A stretch of 64,000 nt of DNA from Candidatus Diapherotrites archaeon LH_S9 (GTDB taxonomy: Archaea; B1Sed10-29; WALL01; JAGXON01): the NCBI GenBank assembly GCA_023659865.1, contig JAGXON010000001.1:45968-109967 (forward strand), in the 5' to 3' direction. Positions 45,982 to 55,989 of this stretch are shown here, piece after piece. Every line of letters starts with the position of its first letter. The stretch's first letter is position 1. Under the pieces are notes generated by a model, which was given only the letters and a program-made list of their open reading frames with translations, was not told the origin of the DNA and made no database searches. The position numbers and the translations under genes were made by a program.

Positions 45982-48355
45982 AAACGTCTACACTTGTCTC
46001 TCCTGCCTCTAAATCGCCTTCTCCCTCAGAAAAAACAATTTCTTCAGCATTCAAAGTGTCCTTAAAGTCCTTCTCCCAGTTCTGCAAGTCACTGTAAACT
46101 GCTAGTTCCTCGATCTCCTTGTTCAACGGAAGACCATTATCAGATTTAAACTTCCTAACAGCTGAAATCACGTCCAAAGCTTCCTCAAAACCTTTAGGCG
46201 CTTCAACATCCAGTTTTTCCGGCCAAGATGCTTTGTGAACTGATCGAAGTCCAGTGAACTTCTTCAAGTACTTTTCGTGCACTTCTTCAGTGATGTGCGG
46301 GACGAAGGGCGCTAGCATAAAAGTAACTCTTTTAAGCACGTTCAGCAACGTTTGCTGAGCGGCTTCTTTCCTCCAGTCTTCAGTATTGTAAAGCCTGTAC
46401 TTCACCATCTCCAGGTAGTAATCGCAGAACTCGTGCCAGAAAAAATCACGCAAAAGCTTCATAGCCCTGCAAAACTCGTAATCATCCAAAAAACCAGTGG
46501 CTTGTTCCACGACTTCGTCAGTCCTGTAAAGAATCCATTCATCCGCAGGCCTTAACTTGCTCACTTCTTTTTCTTCTTCAGGCAAGTGCATGTCCACAAA
46601 GTAAGAGGCATTCCAGTACTTCTCCTGGAATTTTTCAGCGTATTTCAGCTCCTTCCAGGAAAAAGGATAGTCTTTTCCAAGAGAAGCGTTCAGCGCCCAC
46701 TGTCGAAGCGCATCAGTTCCGTGTTCATCCAACGCTTCTTCAGGAGGTATGACATTACCAAAACTCTTGCTCATCTTCCTGCCGTCAGGCCCAGCGACCA
46801 TGCCGTTGACCACAACTTCCTCGAACGGAATATCGTCCGTTAAGAGCAAGGACCTGAAAATCGTGTAGAAAGCCCAGGTTCGAATTATTTCATAACCCTG
46901 AGGCCTCATTGAGTTTGGGTAAGCTTTCTTGAAGTAATTCTTGTTTTCTTTCCATCTAGATACCTTTAAAGGAGTTATGGAACTGTCTACCCAGCAATCG
47001 CAAACGTCTTGAGCTCCAACTATTTTTCCTCCGCACTCGCAAGTTTCTTCTGGAGCTTCATCTATTCTTGGATCCACTGGCAAATCATCTTTGTCTGGCT
47101 CGATTATTTTACCGCAGTCTTCACAGAACCAGAAAGGTATTGGCGTTCCGTAAGTTCGTTGACGGGAAATTATCCAATCCCAGTCAAGCGAGTCACACCA
47201 ATTGAAAAGTTTTTGCTTCATGTAACCAGGATACCAGTCCATTTCATCGGCCGCTTCCTTGACTGCATCCGTCTTGTCCTGTACTTTAATGAACCACTGT
47301 TTTTTCGGTAAAAGCTCTATTGGAGCTTTGCAGGCAGATCTTTCCACGTGACAGAGCACGTTATGCTGATAATCCTCTTTTTTCTTCAGGAAACCTTTTT
47401 CTTTGAACCATTTAGCCATTTTTTTTCTGGCTTCCTTGGCTTTCATACCTGCAAATTCTCCTGCTAGGTCAGTGAGTCTTCCTTCTTCGTCAACTATTTT
47501 GAATATAGGTAAATCGTATTTTTGCTGCCACTTGATGTCCATTTCGTCTCCAAAAGTGCACAAGTAGACGACTCCAGTACCGAAATCCGTGTCCACGTCC
47601 TCGTCAGCAATTATTGGTACTTCCCTGTCAACCATCGGGACCAATACTTTCTTTCCTTCCAAGTGTGCGTGTTCCTCGTCCTCCGGATGGATTAGGACTG
47701 CGGCGCATGCAGGAGTCATTTCAGGCCTCGTGGTCGCTATGGTTATGGTTTCATCTGAGTCCTTGATCGGGAACTCCAAGTACCATAATCCTCCTGCCAT
47801 TGAAACGTGATCGACTTCCGCTTGAGCTAACGCTGTATTGCATTCAGGGCACCAGAGCACAGGGTGCTTATCTCGATATATCCTGTCTATATCATTGAAT
47901 TCAAGCAACGAAAGCTGAACAAGCCGCTTGTATTCATCTGAACGGGTTTCGTAGTATTCGTTCCAATCTGCAGAGTATCCTAGAGCCTTGTACTGCTCGT
48001 TCATTTTTTCTATGGCTTCGTCCGTCCATTCATCGCATTTTTTCACGAATTCTTTCGTGTCTTCTTTGGAGACATCAAATTCTTTTTCAACCTTCATCTC
48101 CGTTGGAAGACCGTGACAGTCGTAGCCCACCGGTAATAGCACGCTGTATCCCTGCATTCTCTTGTATCTGGCTGCAAAATCAATCCAAACATGGTTCAGT
48201 ACGTGACCCATGTGCAGTGTTCCGCTTGTGAAGCTGGGAGGGTTGTCTATCGAGTAAACTGGTTTGTTTTCATCCACGTTGAAACTATAGATGTCTTCTT
48301 CCTGCCATTCCTTTTGCCATTTTTCTTCTATTTCCTTTGGATTGTACTTGGGCAT
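45974..48355 (-). CDS. valS: Valyl-tRNA synthetase (archaeal type)
   Basis: HMGH, ATTRPE, DWIISRQR, KMSKS. Confidence 0.94.
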   Translation of the reverse strand: MPKYNPKEIEEKWQKEWQEEDIYSFNVDENKPVYSIDNPPSFTSGTLHMGHVLNHVWIDFAARYKRMQGYSVLLPVGYDCHGLPTEMKVEKEFDVSKEDTKEFVKKCDEWTDEAIEKMNEQYKALGYSADWNEYYETRSDEYKRLVQLSLLEFNDIDRIYRDKHPVLWCPECNTALAQAEVDHVSMAGGLWYLEFPIKDSDETITIATTRPEMTPACAAVLIHPEDEEHAHLEGKKVLVPMVDREVPIIADEDVDTDFGTGVVYLCTFGDEMDIKWQQKYDLPIFKIVDEEGRLTDLAGEFAGMKAKEARKKMAKWFKEKGFLKKKEDYQHNVLCHVERSACKAPIELLPKKQWFIKVQDKTDAVKEAADEMDWYPGYMKQKLFNWCDSLDWDWIISRQRTYGTPIPFWFCEDCGKIIEPDKDDLPVDPRIDEAPEETCECGGKIVGAQDVCDCWVDSSITPLKVSRWKENKNYFKKAYPNSMRPQGYEIIRTWAFYTIFRSLLLTDDIPFEEVVVNGMVAGPDGRKMSKSFGNVIPPEEALDEHGTDALRQWALNASLGKDYPFSWKELKYAEKFQEKYWNASYFVDMHLPEEEKEVSKLRPADEWILYRTDEVVEQATGFLDDYEFCRAMKLLRDFFWHEFCDYYLEMVKYRLYNTEDWRKEAAQQTLLNVLKRVTFMLAPFVPHITEEVHEKYLKKFTGLRSVHKASWPEKLDVEAPKGFEEALDVISAVRKFKSDNGLPLNKEIEELAVYSDLQNWEKDFKDTLNAEEIVFSEGEGDLEAGETSVDVSI

Positions 48356-48426
48356 ACTGGTACACCTCTCTAGAGTAGTTGAATCAGCCGTTGCTGGTTC
48401 AGGATAAGTTTAGCCCCTTTTACTTA

Positions 48427-49251
48427 TTAATCTTTGTTGTGCTTTTTGCCCACGTGGATTTTCAGGCCTTTCTCGGAGTCGAACTCTTTTCCGCATTCAC
48501 TGCAGACAAAAACGTCTTTCTTTTTTCTGGATAAGAGCAGTGCTGCTAAACCAATTACGATTATTGCACTGATGACCCCGATAAAGAGGAGTGAAGTGTC
48601 GTCTTCTTGTTCTTCAGTCTCTGGCTGTGTTTTGTTTTCTGCCTTGTCTTCTTCGCACTTTCCTTTGTAAGCTATCTTAACGTCATCGCATTCAGCAAAG
48701 CATTTGTTGGAATAAGTTTCTCCGTTCACTCCGCAAACTGGATCCCAGTATTCTGCGCAGAAGCATCCTTTTTCCGTCTCGTTCTCTGTTGGAGCACTAA
48801 CGTTCTCTTCCGGAGGCATCTCAGGAGCTACTTCTTCTTCCATCACTTCGATAACTTCTGTTTCCACGTTGAAAGGTGGTTCAGCAGGGTTGGTCGCGTA
48901 GTACATCAGCCAATCGTAGTACTGATCCATCTTTGGCTTCAGGTCGTAGTAGTCAGAGTTCGATAAGCAAGTGTTCACCTTAGCCGTTGAAGGGTTGTAG
49001 TAGTACAGAGCCGTCGGTTTCTCGGAGTTGTCCGCTATATACCTTTCTCCTTGCTCGTTCATCGGCAGATACTTTTTTTCCGCTTTCCTTGCTGCCTTTA
49101 AGTAATTGTAAAGGCAGTCATTCCATTGTTCGGCTTCCTTATAACAGTCTCCTGCATCCACATACTTGTCTTGTTCCACGAGATCTTGGCAGGAAGCTGC
49201 TATAACTCCTGAAATCAGGAGCATCGCTATCAGCAAAGTTTTCTTCAACAT
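48427..49251 (-). CDS. Single-pass membrane protein with extracellular Kazal domain and cytoplasmic C2H2 zinc finger
   Basis: Signal peptide; CAEYWDPVCGVNGETYSNKCFAEC; TM helix; CSECGKEFDSEKGLKIHVGKKH. Confidence 0.8.
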   Translation of the reverse strand: MLKKTLLIAMLLISGVIAASCQDLVEQDKYVDAGDCYKEAEQWNDCLYNYLKAARKAEKKYLPMNEQGERYIADNSEKPTALYYYNPSTAKVNTCLSNSDYYDLKPKMDQYYDWLMYYATNPAEPPFNVETEVIEVMEEEVAPEMPPEENVSAPTENETEKGCFCAEYWDPVCGVNGETYSNKCFAECDDVKIAYKGKCEEDKAENKTQPETEEQEDDTSLLFIGVISAIIVIGLAALLLSRKKKDVFVCSECGKEFDSEKGLKIHVGKKHNKD

Positions 49252-49260
49252 TTAATTCAC

Positions 49261-50403
49261 CTAAAGGTATTCTTTTAAATCACGGTTCGTGGTTTCCCAG
49301 GAAAACTCTGGCAGGTTGCGGCCGAAGTGACCGTAGCAAGCTGTCTTCCTGTATATTGGTCTTAAGAGATCTAATCGTTTTATTATTTTGCCTGGTTTTA
49401 GCACGAATTCTTTTTGAACTATTTCTTTTATTTCATGATGCGTCAGGTCGCTGGTTCCGAAGGTATCTATCAGAACTCCTACTGGCTCAGGAACACCTAG
49501 GGCGTACGATAACTGGACTTCGCATTCGTCTGCCAGTCCTGAAGCCACTATGTTTTTGGCTATGTACCTGGCCATGTAGGTTCCTGATCTGTCAACTTTT
49601 GACGGGTCTTTTCCGGAGAAGCATCCTCCTCCGTGAGATCCTTTTCCTCCGTAAGTATCGACAATGATTTTTCTGCCTGTCAAGCCTGAATCGGCTGGTG
49701 GACCCCCTTTCACGAATCTTCCGCTCTCGTTAACGAAAATCTTGGTGTCTTCATCCAAGTAACTGCCGAGAACTGGTTTTACAACGTCTTCTTCAACGTC
49801 TTTTTTGAGCGTTTCTCTTTCAACGTCTGGCTCTGTCTGTGCTGCGATCACTACTGCTTCAGCTCTTTTTGGTTCCCCGTCATCGTACTCTACAGTAACC
49901 TGTGATTTTCCGTCAGGCCTGAGGTACGGGAGGACTTCTTTTTTTCTGGCTTCAGCGAGATTCATTGACAGTTCGTGAGCTAGAGTTATAGGTAAAGGCA
50001 TCAGTTCCGGTGCTTCGTCGATTGCGTAGCCGAACATTATCCCTTGGTCCCCTGCTCCTTGTTCCCCTATATCTTCCGAGTTAACTCCTTGAGCTATGTC
50101 AGAACTCTGCTGGTGTATTGAGTTCGAGATGTTGCAAGAGTCGTATGTAAAACCGTATTCAGGTTCAGTATACCCTATTTCTTTCAAGGTTTCTCTAGCG
50201 ACTTCATTGTAATCGATGGTTGCTTCAGAAGTTACTTCTCCTGCCATGAAAACCATGCCATTCGTCACAAGCGTTTCAACAGCTACTCGGGATCCTGGGT
50301 CTCTATCGATGAGTTCGTCTAAAACCGCGTCAGATATCTGGTCAGCTATCTTGTCCGGGTGTCCTTCAGTCACTGATTCCGAAGTGTAATAATATTTTTC
50401 CAT
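49261..50403 (-). CDS. metK: S-adenosylmethionine synthetase, bacterial/eukaryotic type
   Basis: ESVTEGHPDK, GAGDQG, GRKIIVDTYGG, GGGCFSGKDPSKVDRS. Confidence 0.95.
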   Translation of the reverse strand: MEKYYYTSESVTEGHPDKIADQISDAVLDELIDRDPGSRVAVETLVTNGMVFMAGEVTSEATIDYNEVARETLKEIGYTEPEYGFTYDSCNISNSIHQQSSDIAQGVNSEDIGEQGAGDQGIMFGYAIDEAPELMPLPITLAHELSMNLAEARKKEVLPYLRPDGKSQVTVEYDDGEPKRAEAVVIAAQTEPDVERETLKKDVEEDVVKPVLGSYLDEDTKIFVNESGRFVKGGPPADSGLTGRKIIVDTYGGKGSHGGGCFSGKDPSKVDRSGTYMARYIAKNIVASGLADECEVQLSYALGVPEPVGVLIDTFGTSDLTHHEIKEIVQKEFVLKPGKIIKRLDLLRPIYRKTACYGHFGRNLPEFSWETTNRDLKEYL

Positions 50404-50485
50404 GAAATCCTCTCAACAATTCAAGGGGTTACTATAATAAATAAGTAACAACTTTCCTAAATAAACAAAAACTGGAGGTAATCAA

Positions 50486-51016
50486 TTGAAGCAAATAAGG
50501 TTCCACGGACGAGGAGGCCAAGGTGCAGTAACCGCAGCCGAAATCCTTGGCTTAGCAGCCAGCGAAGAAAAAAAATGGTGTCAAGCATTCCCTTTCTTTG
50601 GAGTTGAAAGAAGAGGAGCACCAGTAAAAGCATTCACACGAATAAGTGACGAGTACATAAAAACAAGACAACAGATATACAAACCAGATTACGTTGTCGT
50701 CCTGGATTCCACTTTGATGGACGTGGTAGACACTGAAGAAGGAAACCCGTCAACAATCGTTGTGAACACGAAAAGAACTCCTGAAGAACTCGATCTGAGT
50801 ACAGGAGACGTGCAAACAATCCATGCAACAAAAATAGCTTTAGACGAGATAGGGAAACCTTTTGCAAACACTCCAATGCTGGGAGCGCTCGCAGCAGCCA
50901 CAGGCGTGGTCAAACCAGAATCCTTGAAAAAAGCAATAAAAGAAAAATACCCAGGAAAAATAGGAGAAAAAAACGCTAACGCGATTCAAAAAGCTTACGA
51001 GGAGCTGAAAAAATGA
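50486..51016 (+). CDS. porG: Pyruvate/2-oxoacid:ferredoxin oxidoreductase gamma subunit
   Basis: RFHGRGGQGAVT, FGVERRGAPV. Confidence 0.9.
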   Translation: MKQIRFHGRGGQGAVTAAEILGLAASEEKKWCQAFPFFGVERRGAPVKAFTRISDEYIKTRQQIYKPDYVVVLDSTLMDVVDTEEGNPSTIVVNTKRTPEELDLSTGDVQTIHATKIALDEIGKPFANTPMLGALAAATGVVKPESLKKAIKEKYPGKIGEKNANAIQKAYEELKK

Positions 51017-51276
51017 CTGAAACAACTACAGGCGGAACAATAAAAGATCCGAAGTCGTCCAAAAAGAACAAGACAGGGACCTGGAGAACATTCAAACCAA
51101 ACGTGGACAAAGAAAAATGCATCAAGTGCGGAAAATGCGGAGAACTCTGCCCGGAAGGCGCGATAAGAATAACTGAAGAAGGAGCAAAAGTAAACATGGA
51201 TTACTGCAAAGGATGCGGCATATGCGCAAAAGAATGTCCAGTAAAAGCAATAAAAATGGAAAAGGAGGAGAAATGA
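51013..51276 (+). CDS. porD: Pyruvate/2-oxoacid:ferredoxin oxidoreductase delta subunit
   Basis: TGTWR, two ferredoxin motifs including YCKGCGICAKECP. Confidence 0.9.
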   Translation: MTETTTGGTIKDPKSSKKNKTGTWRTFKPNVDKEKCIKCGKCGELCPEGAIRITEEGAKVNMDYCKGCGICAKECPVKAIKMEKEEK

Positions 51277-52446
51277 ATGGAAGTAAAACAAGGAGCACAA
51301 GCAATAGCTCACTCAGTAAAAAAATGTAAACCAGATGTTTGCTCGATGTACCCGATAACTCCCTCAACCGAGCTTCCTGAAGAAATAGCTCAGTTGGTTG
51401 CAGACGGAGAACTAGACGCAACAATAATAAGAGTCGAATCCGAATTTTCAGCCATATCAGGATGTGTTGGAGCATCAGCAGCAGGATCAAGAGCATACAC
51501 AGCAACCAGCTCGCAAGGACTGGCGCTGATGACTGAAGTACTGTTTGCAGCATCAGGAATGCGGCTACCAATAGTCATCAACGTGGTCAACAGAGCATTA
51601 AGTGCTCCAATAAACATTTGGAACGATCAACAAGATTCAATCAGTCAAAGAGATAATGGATGGCTTCAAATATACTGCGAAAGCAACCAAGAAGCAGTTG
51701 ACACGACCATACAATCCTTTAAAATAGCTGAAGACGAGGACGTGCTTCTTCCAATAATGTGCTGCACTGACGGATACATCCTGAGCCATACTTACGAGCC
51801 AGTAGAACTCCCGGACGAAGAAGAAGTGCAGGAGTTCCTACCGGAATACGATCCAGATCACGCTTACCTCGATCCAGAGAATCCGATGACGCAAGGACCT
51901 TTCGCGTACCCAAAACCCTACGCTGCACTAAGGAAAGACTTGAGCGATGCAGTTAATGGGTCCAAAGAAATCGTTAAAAGAGTTCACGACGAATTCGCGG
52001 AAAAATTCGGAAGAAGCTACGGAAACGGATTGATAGAAGAATACAAAAACGATAAAGATACTGCACTAGTTTCAATGGGAAGCATATGCGGAACCATCAA
52101 AAGCACTCTAGACAACAGAAACGATGCCGGCCTAATGAGAATAAGGTGCTACCGCCCGTTCCCTGAAGAAGAAATCAAGAAAGCTCTTGAAGGAAAAGAT
52201 CAAGTCATAGTACTGGAGAAAAACGTTTCCATGGGTCACGGGTCAGGAGCCCTATACAACGAAATTAAAAGCATTTTACCTAGAAGTACAACCGTTCACG
52301 ATATCGTAGTTGGACTTGGAGGAACGGACATAGCTGAAGAAGACATAAACAACATGATCGATTCCTTGAGCAACAAAGAAAATGGAGTAAAACGTTGGTT
52401 GCTTGAGAAAGGTGGAAAACTTCAGAAGAACAGAGGTGAAAAATAA
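51277..52446 (+). CDS. porA: Pyruvate/2-oxoacid:ferredoxin oxidoreductase alpha subunit
   Basis: YPITP, VESE, TATSSQGL. Confidence 0.9.
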   Translation: MEVKQGAQAIAHSVKKCKPDVCSMYPITPSTELPEEIAQLVADGELDATIIRVESEFSAISGCVGASAAGSRAYTATSSQGLALMTEVLFAASGMRLPIVINVVNRALSAPINIWNDQQDSISQRDNGWLQIYCESNQEAVDTTIQSFKIAEDEDVLLPIMCCTDGYILSHTYEPVELPDEEEVQEFLPEYDPDHAYLDPENPMTQGPFAYPKPYAALRKDLSDAVNGSKEIVKRVHDEFAEKFGRSYGNGLIEEYKNDKDTALVSMGSICGTIKSTLDNRNDAGLMRIRCYRPFPEEEIKKALEGKDQVIVLEKNVSMGHGSGALYNEIKSILPRSTTVHDIVVGLGGTDIAEEDINNMIDSLSNKENGVKRWLLEKGGKLQKNRGEK

Positions 52447-53339
52447 TGGAAGACGATTTATTTGCTTCAGGCCACCGAGCGTGCGCTGGATGCGGATCCG
52501 CTCTGGCTTTACGGCACTTGACAAAAGCCGCTGGCAAGAACAGTGTTTTCACTATAGCAACGGGCTGCATGGAAGTAGTTTCAACTCAGTACCCAACAAC
52601 TGCTTGGGGAGTCCCATTAATTCACACTACTTTCGAGAACGCGGCTTCAGTAGCTGCTGGAATCAAAGAAGCACTTAACCAGCAAGGAAAAGAAGATACC
52701 AATGTTATAGCTCTTGCTGGTGATGGCGGGATGGTGGACATTGGTTTCAGAGCGCTCAGTGGTTCTTTGGAAAGAGGCCATGACGTTCTTTACGTTTGCT
52801 ACGATAACGGTGCTTACATGAACACTGGAGTCCAGAAATCTGGAGCAACTCCTTTCGGAGCTTCTACGACCACTACTCCAGCTGGAAAACAATCTCACGG
52901 TAAAAGCGAGTGGCAGAAGAACGTTCCTTTCATTGCACTGATGCATGGCGTCAATTACGTTGCTACTGCATCTATAGCAGATCTTGATGACTTCAAGAAA
53001 AAAGTTAAGAAAGCTCTTGAAGTCGAGGGACCGAAATATATTCACGTGCATTGCCCTTGTCCGATTGGATGGGGTTTTGACACTAGTGAAACAATAGATC
53101 AGGGTAGGAAAGCCGTTGAGTCGGGAGCCTGGGTACTTTACGAGATAGAGGACGGAAATTTCTCGATTAGCTACAAGCCTAGTGAGAGGATTCCTGTAAA
53201 AGATTATCTTTCAGGCCAGAAAAGGTTCAAGCACTTGGATGAAGACGATGTTGAAACGATTCAAGATCATGTGGACAGGAACTGGGAAGAGCTTAAGAAA
53301 CTAGAGGGTTTGGACTTGGATTTACTGAAACTATTGTAA
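52446..53339 (+). CDS. porB: Pyruvate/2-oxoacid:ferredoxin oxidoreductase beta subunit
   Basis: GHRACAGCG, GDGG, YDNGAYMNTG, PCPIGW. Confidence 0.9.
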   Translation: MEDDLFASGHRACAGCGSALALRHLTKAAGKNSVFTIATGCMEVVSTQYPTTAWGVPLIHTTFENAASVAAGIKEALNQQGKEDTNVIALAGDGGMVDIGFRALSGSLERGHDVLYVCYDNGAYMNTGVQKSGATPFGASTTTTPAGKQSHGKSEWQKNVPFIALMHGVNYVATASIADLDDFKKKVKKALEVEGPKYIHVHCPCPIGWGFDTSETIDQGRKAVESGAWVLYEIEDGNFSISYKPSERIPVKDYLSGQKRFKHLDEDDVETIQDHVDRNWEELKKLEGLDLDLLKLL

Positions 53340-55106
53340 TTGCTCGAATTGTTTTTGCAGGTCAACTATTTTTGACATTAAGTTCCGTGCTTTTTCTAAA
53401 TCCTGTCCTTCAATTGCAGATTCAAGCGAAACTATTCCAAGGTCTTCTTTGCTGAGTATCATGTTCAGTTTCGAGACTTCTTCATCTTTTTCCTTAAGTT
53501 CCGAGATTTTTTCTTTGTTGGTCTCAAGCATCTTGTCAGCGTAAGCTGTTATTTCTTTTTGGCCTCTACTCCAAACTAGATCAGGTTTTGATGCTGATTT
53601 TACTTGCTTCTGGAATTCGTTGAACTTGCTTATAAGATCTTTTCTTCTTACTTTGTCCGGGACTTCTATTTTTTCTTCTCTAGAAACATCTTCTACGCTT
53701 GGCTTTTCTATCATTTCTTCTTCTTTCTTCATCTCTTCCTTCAGAACGCCCCCAGTAGCTATCTCTCCTTCTTTTTCCTTTTTCCCTTCAGCTTCCTTCC
53801 CCTTTTTTCCTTCAGCCTCCTTTTCCTCTTTTCCTTCAGCTTCTTTTTTCTTAGTTTCTTTCTTTCCCTCTTCTTTTTCGGCTTTTTTCTTTAGTTCTTC
53901 AGTGCCTTCAGGCGCCTCTTCCTCAGTTTCTTCTGGCTCTTCTCCTTTTTCTTCCGGTTCCTCTGACTTTTCTTTTTTTTCTTCTGGTTTTTTCTTAACT
54001 TTCTTTTTCTTCTTTGGGGTTGTTTCTCCTGCAATCTTCTCAAGTTCTTCTCTCACCTGCTTGAGGCCTTTTTCAACGCGTTCTTCTGGAACTTCTTCTA
54101 GTTCGTCCAGGTCTTCGAGTTCTTTCTCGAATTTTTCTTTTGAGACCATGGTTTGCACGCCTTCTCTGACAAGATCTTTTAGCTCTCTGTCGAATTTTTT
54201 CATTTGCTCTTGTTCTTTCCTAAGTTTTTCTTCTCTTTCCTCAATCTCTTCGAGTTCTTCTGTGACTTCTGAGAGGGATTCAGCTAATGTGGATACTTTT
54301 TGCTCTGTTTTCTTTGATTTTATGTCTTTTACTATTTTTTTTGCTCTGAAAAGATTCTTTTTGTTTTTCTTGGTTTTTTCCTCCCATCCTTCAAGTTCTT
54401 TATTCATTCTTTTCAGGTCTTGCCTGATTTTGCTTAACTTGGTTGTTTTTTTCCCTACGGAAGCGTAAAGTTCGTCAAAGTTCTCTTCATGCTTTTCTAG
54501 TGTGCTTCTAAGTCCTTTGAGTTTTTTCAAACTATCTGAAAGGTTTCTAGCTTCTTTTTGAAGTTTTTTCATCCGTGGTTTCATTTTGGATTCTTCCTTC
54601 TCGGAAGAAAGCTCTTTCATTCTGTTCGATAAATTCCTTATTCTCTGAGAATTTTCTTTTGTCTCGTCTTCCCAGCCCTTTATCTCTTTCTCTATTCTTT
54701 CTAGAGTTCTTTGTATCCTTAATTCAGGAGAAGTCTGTCCTGAAGGCTTTTGAGGTTCTGGTTCTTCAACTTCTTTTTCAGACTTTTCTTTTTCTAGTGA
54801 GAATTCTTCTTCCTCTATAAGTTCTGCGGGTTCTTCCAGCTCTTCCTCGGTTTCAGAAGTTTTTTTTGGCTTCGGAGTTTTTTCTTCTAGTTTTTGAGGT
54901 TTCTCCATATGTTCTGGCTCTTTTTCTTGCTTCTCAACTAAGGCGAAGATCTGGTCTATCTTTTTCTTGGATTTTCCCATTTCTCTCAAAGTATTTTTTA
55001 TATCCCCTTCAGTGAATCCTTCGTCTCTAAGTGATTTTATTTCCTCTAATAGCTCTTTCGTTTCCGCTCCTGTTTCCTCACGTCCTTCAGCTTTCTCTTC
55101 TTCCAT
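53331..55106 (-). CDS. Long Glu/Lys-rich coiled-coil protein
   Basis: Low-complexity E/K composition, heptad pattern, EAEGKxxK repeats. Confidence 0.65.
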   Translation of the reverse strand: MEEEKAEGREETGAETKELLEEIKSLRDEGFTEGDIKNTLREMGKSKKKIDQIFALVEKQEKEPEHMEKPQKLEEKTPKPKKTSETEEELEEPAELIEEEEFSLEKEKSEKEVEEPEPQKPSGQTSPELRIQRTLERIEKEIKGWEDETKENSQRIRNLSNRMKELSSEKEESKMKPRMKKLQKEARNLSDSLKKLKGLRSTLEKHEENFDELYASVGKKTTKLSKIRQDLKRMNKELEGWEEKTKKNKKNLFRAKKIVKDIKSKKTEQKVSTLAESLSEVTEELEEIEEREEKLRKEQEQMKKFDRELKDLVREGVQTMVSKEKFEKELEDLDELEEVPEERVEKGLKQVREELEKIAGETTPKKKKKVKKKPEEKKEKSEEPEEKGEEPEETEEEAPEGTEELKKKAEKEEGKKETKKKEAEGKEEKEAEGKKGKEAEGKKEKEGEIATGGVLKEEMKKEEEMIEKPSVEDVSREEKIEVPDKVRRKDLISKFNEFQKQVKSASKPDLVWSRGQKEITAYADKMLETNKEKISELKEKDEEVSKLNMILSKEDLGIVSLESAIEGQDLEKARNLMSKIVDLQKQFEQLQ

Positions 55107-55279
55107 TTTTTTCCTCCTAGTTTTTTTCTTTTTCTAGGAAAACTTCTTCCTCAACCAGTTCTTTTGATAGTTTTTCTTCAGATTCCTCTTCATCTTTTTT
55201 TCTTCAAGTTCTTTTTTCCTCACAAGGGAAGCCCATAAAAATCATTCATTACTAAACCCATTTAACTTAAAAGGATTGT

Positions 55280-55942
55280 TCATAAATTCTTCTTCGCATT
55301 CTCAAAAACTCCTTTCATCGTCCGAACCTCTCTCGGTGTAACAAAAGCTCTTGAAACAACGTCTCTAAACATCTTCGTTGCATTATCTGGATTACGGAAA
55401 CCAATCTCTTCAGATGCAGCTAAACTCCTGAAAGAATTAATCAATCCTTCTTTATCCGATCTTCTGACTCTTTCTTTCTCTTCAGTCTCTTTCCTGAACA
55501 TTTCATAAAAAAATATGACTGCTGCATGACTCACATTCAACGTACCGTACTCTTCAGACGCAGGAACGTACGAAACCAAATCGCACTCCCTTATCTCATC
55601 GTTGGTCAAACCAATATCCTCTCTTCCAAAAACCAGGCCGATATCCCCTTTCCTTTCCGAGGACTTCTCAGCTACTTTTTCTGGAGTAAGACCTTTCGGG
55701 TTCGAAGTCGTGGCTACACTAATGTCTACTTCTTTCAAAGCATCTTCAAGACTGCCGAAAACTTTTGAGTTCTTCAGAACGTCTTCTGCGTGCATCGCCC
55801 TCGCTTTTGAATCTCCATCGATTTCGCAAGACGGATTAACGATAATTAGCTCGTTTAACCTGAAGTTCTTCATCGATCTGGCCATGAACCCTATGTTGCC
55901 GGAAGTTTGAGGTTCTACAAAAATTACTTTGGTGTTCATCAC
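55280..55942 (-). CDS. TrmJ-family SPOUT RNA methyltransferase
   Basis: GNIGFMARSMKNF, LVFGREDIGL, LNVSHA. Confidence 0.88.
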   Translation of the reverse strand: MMNTKVIFVEPQTSGNIGFMARSMKNFRLNELIIVNPSCEIDGDSKARAMHAEDVLKNSKVFGSLEDALKEVDISVATTSNPKGLTPEKVAEKSSERKGDIGLVFGREDIGLTNDEIRECDLVSYVPASEEYGTLNVSHAAVIFFYEMFRKETEEKERVRRSDKEGLINSFRSLAASEEIGFRNPDNATKMFRDVVSRAFVTPREVRTMKGVFENAKKNL

Positions 55943-55989
55943 TGTGTTAATGTGGCATCAATTTTTTATAGCTTGTCTGAATATTTGAA

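Noticed and set aside
53604-54820. Long Ser/Phe-rich plus-strand ORFs (similar ones at 1051 and 34617)
   Set aside because: Antisense shadows of Glu/Lys-rich real genes
55107-55260. Small acidic ORF broken in an A-run, possible programmed frameshift
   Set aside because: Too short, no recognisable product; cannot be separated from decay or homopolymer error
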